Shown here piece after piece: positions 58,681 through 64,000 of a DNA stretch of 64,000 bases; position 1 is the stretch's first letter, and every line of letters starts with the position of its first letter. The position numbers and the translations under genes were made by a program. The notes under the pieces were generated by a model. That model was not told the origin of the DNA. It did no database searches and saw only the letters and a list, made by a program, of their open reading frames with translations. The stretch is from assembly GCA_002434805.1 (NCBI GenBank), contig DJKW01000004.1, positions 11,936 to 75,935 on the forward strand, in the 5' to 3' direction. Source of the stretch: Patescibacteria group bacterium UBA6532 (GTDB lineage Bacteria > Patescibacteriota > Minisyncoccia > Minisyncoccales > UBA6532).

Positions 58681-61143
58681 TTATATTACAATATTTATCA
58701 ATTTCCCTGGCACAAAAATCACTCTTTTAACCTTTTTTCCTTTTATCCATTTTCCAACTTTTTGACTGGAAAAAGCAAGCTCTTCTGCTATTTTCCGGTT
58801 TAGAGGAACTTTAACCTCTATCTTATCACGAACTCTGCCATTAATCTGGATTATTAAGTAAATCTGCTTTTTAGTAATCAATTTTGGATTATATTCCGGC
58901 CAGGGTTGGTTATGAATTGAGTCCTTTGGTTTAAATTCCTTTAATTTCAACTTATCTGGCTTAATTTCCTGCCAGAGCTGCTCTGTAAGATGAGGGGCAA
59001 AAGGAGATAATAATCTAAGTAATATCTTATAATTAATTACTGATATTTCTTTCTCTTTATCTATTGCGTTAATTAATATCATTAAGCTGGAAATTGCCGT
59101 ATTAAACCTAAAGCCTTCTATGTCTTCTTTAACCTTTTTAATAGTCTGGTGAATTAACTTCTTGAAAGCTGGGTTCTCTTTTGAATTTGAGCTAGCTGAT
59201 TCATCGCTTCTAATTTTAGATTTCTGGCCAGATACTCTTTTTAAAAACCTTACCACTCCTCCAATCCCTTTAATGTTCCAGGGTCCTCCTTGGTTATATG
59301 GTCCCATAAAACAAAGATACATTCTTATGACGTCAGAACCGTATTTTCTAACCTGGATATCGGGATCTATGATATTGCCTTTTGACTTTGACATTTTTTG
59401 TCCGTCTGACCCTAAAATAATTCCTTGGTGCCTTAAAGTTAAAAATGGTTCTTTGAAACTTAAGTATCCAAAATCTTTCAAGGCGCGGGTAAAAAACCGG
59501 GAATATAAAAGATGCAAGACTATGTGCTCTGACCCGCCAATATACATGTTGACTGGCAGCCAGGTTTTTATTTTCTGCTTTGAAGCAAAAATCTTTTCAT
59601 TACTGGAGTCAGTATAGCGCAAATAATACCAAGAAGAACAAACAAAAGTATCCATGGTATCGGTTTCTCTTTTGGCTGGCCCGTTACATTTTGGGCAGAA
59701 AGTTTCAAGAAACTTTTTTGACTTAGCCAAGGGCGACTTGCCATCAGTCGTTGGCCGAAAATCTTTAATCTTTGGCAGTAAAACCGGCAAATCTCTTTCT
59801 TTCACTGGCTGCCAGCCGCACTTTTGGCAAAAAACCATTGGTATTGGAGCTCCCCAATATCTTTGGCGGGAAATGGTCCAATCCCGCAGCTTATAATAAA
59901 CCTTCTTTTTATCCAGTCCTTTTTGAGACAGCCATTCACCTATTCTTTCTTTAGCTTCACTGGATTTCATTCCAATAAATCGGCCTGAATTCATTAAAAC
60001 CCCTTCTCCTTCGTAAGCTTTGTCAGACACGCCTGAACCGTTCTTTGGCTTAACCACCTTGATTATTGGTAAATTATACTTTTTGGCAAAATCATAATCC
60101 CGCTGGTCGTGGGCGGGAACTGACATTATGGCCCCTGTCCCATAATTCATTAAAACGTAATCTGCAACAAAAATTGGGATTTCTCTGTTATTTACCGGAT
60201 TTATAGCTTTTATCCCTCTCACTTCTATCCCTGTTTTTTCTTTTACCTCGCTTATTCTTTCTCTCTCAGTTTTCTTTTTTGACTCCTCGATATATTTCTT
60301 TAAGGTTCTCTGATTGGTAATGAATGATAAATTATCAGCAATAAATTTGTGCTCTGGGGCTAAAACTAAATAAGTTGCCCCAAAAAGAGTGTCAGTCCTA
60401 GTGGTAAAAACTGGTATTTCTGAACTGAAATTCAAACCCTTTGCCTTAAACTTAACTTCCCAGCCCAGGGATTTGCCAATCCAGTTTCTCTGCATCGTTT
60501 TTGTGTTTTCTGGCCAATCAAGTTCTTCCAGGTTTTCTAATAGATCTTCGGCTGACTCTGTAATCTTAAAAAGCCATTGTTCAATTTCTTTTTGGAAAAC
60601 TTCGGACTCACATCTCTCGCATTTTCCCTCAACAACTTGTTCGTTGGCTAAAACTGTCTTGCAAGAGGGACACCAGTTAGCGGGAACCTTAGCCCTGTAA
60701 GCCAATCCTTTTTTATATAACTGGAGAAACATCCACTGGGTCCATTTGTAGTAATTGGGTTCTGAAGTAATAATCTCTCTGGACCAATCATAAACAGCTC
60801 CAATAAGTCGAAGCTGTTTTTTCATTTTCTTAATATTTTTATAAGTCCAGGTCTTAGGGTGGATTCGATTCTTTATGGCGGCGTTTTCAGCTGGCAATCC
60901 AAAGGCGTCAAAGCCAATGGGAGACATGACATTAAAACCCTGCATTCTTTTAAATCGGGCGTAGACATCAGCTGGGGCAAAATTATACCAATGGCCGATG
61001 TGCAGGTCTCCGGAAGTGTAAGGAAGCATGACTAAATGATAAAAGTTCTTTTTCCCCTTAACCTTGTCTGGAGCCAGATAAATTCCAGTTTTCTCCCAGG
61101 CTTTCTGCCACTTCTTTTCTATTTTAGCTGGGTTATAACTCAT
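58681..61143 (-). CDS. leuS: Leucine--tRNA ligase
   Basis: YNPAKIEKKWQKAWE, PYTSGDLHIGH (HIGH), KMSKSKGN (KMSKS). 820 aa. Confidence 0.95.
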   Translation of the reverse strand: MSYNPAKIEKKWQKAWEKTGIYLAPDKVKGKKNFYHLVMLPYTSGDLHIGHWYNFAPADVYARFKRMQGFNVMSPIGFDAFGLPAENAAIKNRIHPKTWTYKNIKKMKKQLRLIGAVYDWSREIITSEPNYYKWTQWMFLQLYKKGLAYRAKVPANWCPSCKTVLANEQVVEGKCERCESEVFQKEIEQWLFKITESAEDLLENLEELDWPENTKTMQRNWIGKSLGWEVKFKAKGLNFSSEIPVFTTRTDTLFGATYLVLAPEHKFIADNLSFITNQRTLKKYIEESKKKTERERISEVKEKTGIEVRGIKAINPVNNREIPIFVADYVLMNYGTGAIMSVPAHDQRDYDFAKKYNLPIIKVVKPKNGSGVSDKAYEGEGVLMNSGRFIGMKSSEAKERIGEWLSQKGLDKKKVYYKLRDWTISRQRYWGAPIPMVFCQKCGWQPVKERDLPVLLPKIKDFRPTTDGKSPLAKSKKFLETFCPKCNGPAKRETDTMDTFVCSSWYYLRYTDSSNEKIFASKQKIKTWLPVNMYIGGSEHIVLHLLYSRFFTRALKDFGYLSFKEPFLTLRHQGIILGSDGQKMSKSKGNIIDPDIQVRKYGSDVIRMYLCFMGPYNQGGPWNIKGIGGVVRFLKRVSGQKSKIRSDESASSNSKENPAFKKLIHQTIKKVKEDIEGFRFNTAISSLMILINAIDKEKEISVINYKILLRLLSPFAPHLTEQLWQEIKPDKLKLKEFKPKDSIHNQPWPEYNPKLITKKQIYLIIQINGRVRDKIEVKVPLNRKIAEELAFSSQKVGKWIKGKKVKRVIFVPGKLINIVI

Positions 61144-61233
61144 GTTTTTATTTTATCTCCATACTCTCTATTTGTAAACTTGACTTTCTCTCCTTATTTA
61201 TTGTAATAATGTGCAACTGAATCTATAGGTTAT

Positions 61234-62064
61234 TTATATCCCAAATAAATCCTTTGCGTTTTGGCTTGTTGCTTCTATCACTTTTTCATAACTTATGCTT
61301 TTAATTTCAGCTATTCTTTGGGCAACGTATTTAACGTATAAAGGCTCGTTTCTGCCTTCCATCTGGGGAGGCGTTAAATAAGGACAATCTGTTTCAATTA
61401 AAATTTTCTCTAAAGGAGCGTTTTTAATGTTTTCTTTAAAATCAATTCCTTGGATAGTTTTAAAAATTATTCCGTTAAATCCAATATAAAATCCCATTTT
61501 TAAATATTCCTGAAGTTGCTCTGGGGTTCCGACAAAGCTGTGCATCACTCCCTCATTTTGGGTTTGTGATTTTAAAACCTCAGCGAGGTCTTTGTGGGCC
61601 ATTCGAGAATGAAAAATAACTGGTAAATTTAATTCCCGAGCCATTTCCAATTGCTTTAATAAAAGCTCTTTTTGTTTTTCTTTAAAAAGATTCAACCTTG
61701 CTTTGGTTTTTGGCTTCCAATAATAATCAAGGCCGATCTCTCCTATGGCTACCACTTTGGGAGATTGGGCCAGTTCTTTGTATTTTTTGTAATCAAAATC
61801 TTTTTCCTTTGGTTGAAACTGGATTTCTTTCGGATCAACTTTTATCTTAACCAAATCTGTTTCCAAATTAATTGGGTGAAGGCCGATGGCAGCATAGACC
61901 CCTTTGTCGTAATTTTCCGCAATCTCTACTGCTCTTTTGGAAGTGCTGTATTGAGAGCCAACGTTTATAATCCAAAGCCCCTTGTCTAAAGAACGCCGGA
62001 TAACTTGATCGACGTCATCTTTAAAGACATTGAAATTAAGATGGGCATGAGTATCTATAATCAT
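61234..62064 (-). CDS. tatD: TatD-family metal-dependent hydrolase/DNase
   Basis: IIDTHAHLNF, GEIGLDY, HSR...H, ETDCPYL. Confidence 0.85.
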   Translation of the reverse strand: MIIDTHAHLNFNVFKDDVDQVIRRSLDKGLWIINVGSQYSTSKRAVEIAENYDKGVYAAIGLHPINLETDLVKIKVDPKEIQFQPKEKDFDYKKYKELAQSPKVVAIGEIGLDYYWKPKTKARLNLFKEKQKELLLKQLEMARELNLPVIFHSRMAHKDLAEVLKSQTQNEGVMHSFVGTPEQLQEYLKMGFYIGFNGIIFKTIQGIDFKENIKNAPLEKILIETDCPYLTPPQMEGRNEPLYVKYVAQRIAEIKSISYEKVIEATSQNAKDLFGI

Positions 62065-62117
62065 ATTCTTTTAACTTATCAGAATATTTGAAAAATAAAA
62101 AGAGGTAGCTAAAAAAT

Positions 62118-62146
62118 TTGGCAAGAGCTCAATTTTGTGATAATTT
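62118..62146 (+). promoter_or_regulatory. Promoter candidate for the tRNA-Arg/recG transcript
   Basis: TTGGCA (62118-62123), then either a 17-nt spacer to TAATTT (62141-62146) or a 15-nt spacer to an extended -10, TGtGATAAT (62136-62144). Confidence 0.4.
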
Positions 62147-62157
62147 TAAGAAAGATT

Positions 62158-62230
62158 GCGCCCGTAGTTCAATGGATAGAACGTCAGATTGCGGATCTGA
62201 AGGTTGCAGGTTCGACTCCTGCCGGGCGCA
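62158..62230 (+). tRNA. tRNA-Arg, anticodon GCG, no encoded CCA
   Basis: Hand-folded cloverleaf: acceptor gcgcccg/cgggcgc, D arm gttc-aatggata-gaac, anticodon arm tcaga-ttGCGga-tctga, variable loop aggtt, T arm gcagg-ttcgact-cctgc, discriminator A. 73 nt. Confidence 0.9.
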
Positions 62231-62231
62231 C

Positions 62232-64000
62232 ATGAATCTATCTACTCCAATTGGCCAACTTCCTCGGATCGGACCTATCTACCAAAGAAAGCTAAAGAGA
62301 TTAGGCGTTAAAACGGTAAAAGACCTTTTTTTCCACTTTCCTCATCGCTATGAGGATTTTTCGAATATAATTCCCGTTTCCAACGTGAAGCTTAATGAAA
62401 CTTGCTGCATTCAAGGAAAAATCTTGGAAATTGAAAATACGAGGACCTGGAGAAAAAAAATGTCTTTAACCCATGTTGTTGTCGGAGATAAAACCGGAGC
62501 CATAAAAGTAATCTGGTATAACCAGCCCTATTTAATTAAAACCTTAAAGAAAGGAGATTCTATTTGCCTGACCGGAAAAATGGTCTTAGGGAAAAGAGAT
62601 GCTTATCTTAATAATCCTTCTTACGAAAAATTAGGAAGCCTGGAGGATTTAACTCATACGGGAAGAATAGTTCCGGTTTATCCTGAAACCGAAGGGCTTT
62701 CTTCCAGATGGCTGAGATTTATCTTAAAGCCGCTTTTAATCCATTTAAAAAGCAAAATTAAAGATCCTCTGCCAAAAGAAATAATAAAAAAGCACAAACT
62801 CTTAGATATTCAAAAAGCAATCTGGCAGGTTCATTTTCCAGATTCCCTAAACTTGGCTAAAAAGGCCCAGGAAAGATTTTCTTTTGAAGGGCTTTTTGAT
62901 ATCTCACTCTTTACCTTAAAAGCAAGAATGATCATGGCTTCCAAAAAAGCTCCAAGTATTCCCATTGACTTGGAATTGGTTCAGAGATTTGTTAAATCTT
63001 TATCTTTTAAATTGACTGACGCTCAAAAAAAATCCAGCTGGCGGATATTAAAGGATATTGAAAAACCCCGGCCAATGAACCGGCTTTTGGAAGGAGACGT
63101 CGGATCGGGAAAAACTGTGGTAGCTACCATGGCAGCTTTAAATGTTATAAAGGGGGGCTATCAAGCAGCTTTTATGGCTCCAACGGAAATTCTAGCCAAA
63201 CAGCACTTCAAAACACTAGCTGACCTGGTAAAGGACTTTAAGCTTGACCTCGGTCTTTTGACAGGAAAAGAAGACAAGTTTGTTTCCAAAAAACTGAAAA
63301 ACGACGTCATTGAGATCTCTCGAAAAAAGCTTTTAGAAAAGACAGAGGAAGGTAAAATCAACCTTCTTATCGGCACCCATGCTTTAATCCAGGACAAAGT
63401 TAAGTTTGCCAACCTCGGCCTGGTTATTTTAGACGAACAACACAGGTTCGGAGTAAAGCAAAGAGCTAAACTGAGCAAAAAGACAAAACAAGCCATTCCC
63501 CACCTCCTTTCAATGACAGCTACCCCAATCCCCAGAACCTTAGCTCTTACCATTTACGGAGACCTGGACTTATCTTTAATTAATGAACTGCCAAAAGGAA
63601 GAAAAAAGGTAATTACCAAAGTAGTGTCTCTAAAAGACCGCCAGAAATCCTACGGCTTTATTAAAAAACAGGTAAAGAAAGGAAAACAGATATTTGTCAT
63701 CTGCCCAAGAATTGAAAAAGGCGAGAAAAAAGATAAAAAAGGAGATATTTTGGGCTGGGCTGAAGCCAAAGCTGTTAAAGAAGAGCACAAAAAGCTTTCT
63801 GAAAGTATTTTTCCTCATTTAAAAGTAGGGATGCTCCATGGAAAAATGCCCCTTAAAGAAAAAGAAAGAATGATGAAAGATTTCAAAAACAAAAAAGTTG
63901 ATATTTTAGTCTCAACTTCAGTTGTAGAAGTAGGAATTGATATCCCCAATGCTACGGTTATGATGATAGAGGGAGCAGAAAGATTTGGCTTGGCCCAGCT
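62232..64000 (+). CDS. recG: ATP-dependent DNA helicase RecG (3' end runs off window)
   Basis: Absent from the ORF track (exits the window). Manual translation gives MNLSTPIGQLPRIGPIYQRKLKRLGVKTVKDLFFHFPHRYEDFS. Helicase motifs GDVGSGKT and DEQHRFGV follow. Confidence 0.9.
   Translation, partial: MNLSTPIGQLPRIGPIYQRKLKRLGVKTVKDLFFHFPHRYEDFSNIIPVSNVKLNETCCIQGKILEIENTRTWRKKMSLTHVVVGDKTGAIKVIWYNQPYLIKTLKKGDSICLTGKMVLGKRDAYLNNPSYEKLGSLEDLTHTGRIVPVYPETEGLSSRWLRFILKPLLIHLKSKIKDPLPKEIIKKHKLLDIQKAIWQVHFPDSLNLAKKAQERFSFEGLFDISLFTLKARMIMASKKAPSIPIDLELVQRFVKSLSFKLTDAQKKSSWRILKDIEKPRPMNRLLEGDVGSGKTVVATMAALNVIKGGYQAAFMAPTEILAKQHFKTLADLVKDFKLDLGLLTGKEDKFVSKKLKNDVIEISRKKLLEKTEEGKINLLIGTHALIQDKVKFANLGLVILDEQHRFGVKQRAKLSKKTKQAIPHLLSMTATPIPRTLALTIYGDLDLSLINELPKGRKKVITKVVSLKDRQKSYGFIKKQVKKGKQIFVICPRIEKGEKKDKKGDILGWAEAKAVKEEHKKLSESIFPHLKVGMLHGKMPLKEKERMMKDFKNKKVDILVSTSVVEVGIDIPNATVMMIEGAERFGLAQ

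Noticed and set aside
61144-61233. T-box riboswitch leaders upstream of leuS (also alaS, 51148-51182).
   Set aside because: The leaders are only about 90 and 35 nt, far shorter than a T-box (about 200 nt or more). No T-box consensus or specifier-loop architecture was seen.
62065-62157. Replication origin at the minus-to-plus strand switch between tatD and tRNA/recG.
   Set aside because: The gap is only 93 nt with no DnaA-box matches and no dnaA/dnaN nearby. A strand switch alone is insufficient evidence.
62158-62230. The tRNA as an integration site of a mobile element or prophage.
   Set aside because: The window has no integrase, no duplicated tRNA 3' segment and no phage genes. The flanking genes are housekeeping.

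Overview
Low-GC (about 30% by hand counts), gene-dense bacterial sequence, almost all on the minus strand. Many housekeeping proteins are compact or truncated and most start codons lack a Shine-Dalgarno. I infer a reduced Patescibacteria/CPR-like genome. All calls come from reading the translations and DNA by eye; no BLAST or HMM search was run. Layout: (i) 1-26.2 kb is a surface-glycan island with six GT-B (GT4-like) transferases, a polyprenyl-phosphate GT2, two GT-C-like membrane proteins and many sugar-tailoring enzymes. The tailoring set includes a WbpB/E/D-like triad, UDP-GlcA decarboxylase, a short UDP-Glc dehydrogenase-like protein, an AsnB-like amidotransferase, a B12-radical SAM enzyme, an NTP-transferase/PHP/ATP-grasp/PIG-L cassette and a deacetylase/FemAB-like pair. 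(ii) 26.2-34.3 kb holds two GC-rich secreted peptidoglycan-binding surface proteins, one of 1464 aa with repeats (S-layer-like). They sit downstream of an HTH protein, an ECF sigma factor and an anti-sigma-like gene, and share a near-identical coiled-coil plus PG-binding module at opposite termini. (iii) 34.3-36.6 kb is a small accessory patch: tandem DnaA-box-like repeats, a chimeric Doc/Fic toxin-like gene with a frameshifted upstream mini-ORF, an orphan gene and a PP2C phosphatase. (iv) 36.6-62.1 kb is housekeeping: clpB, the infA-rpmJ-rpsM-rpsK-rpsD-rpoA-rplQ-rplM-rpsI operon, alaS, mnmA, tpiA, galT, leuS, tatD, a type IV pilin, a PilM/FtsA-like pair and a Cas4-like nuclease. (v) tRNA-Arg(GCG) directly abuts the recG start codon. 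The best candidate for a novel system is the surface-protein locus with its own sigma/anti-sigma pair, combined with the adjacent, unusually decorated glycan island. No CRISPR array, transposase, integrase or rRNA gene was seen.
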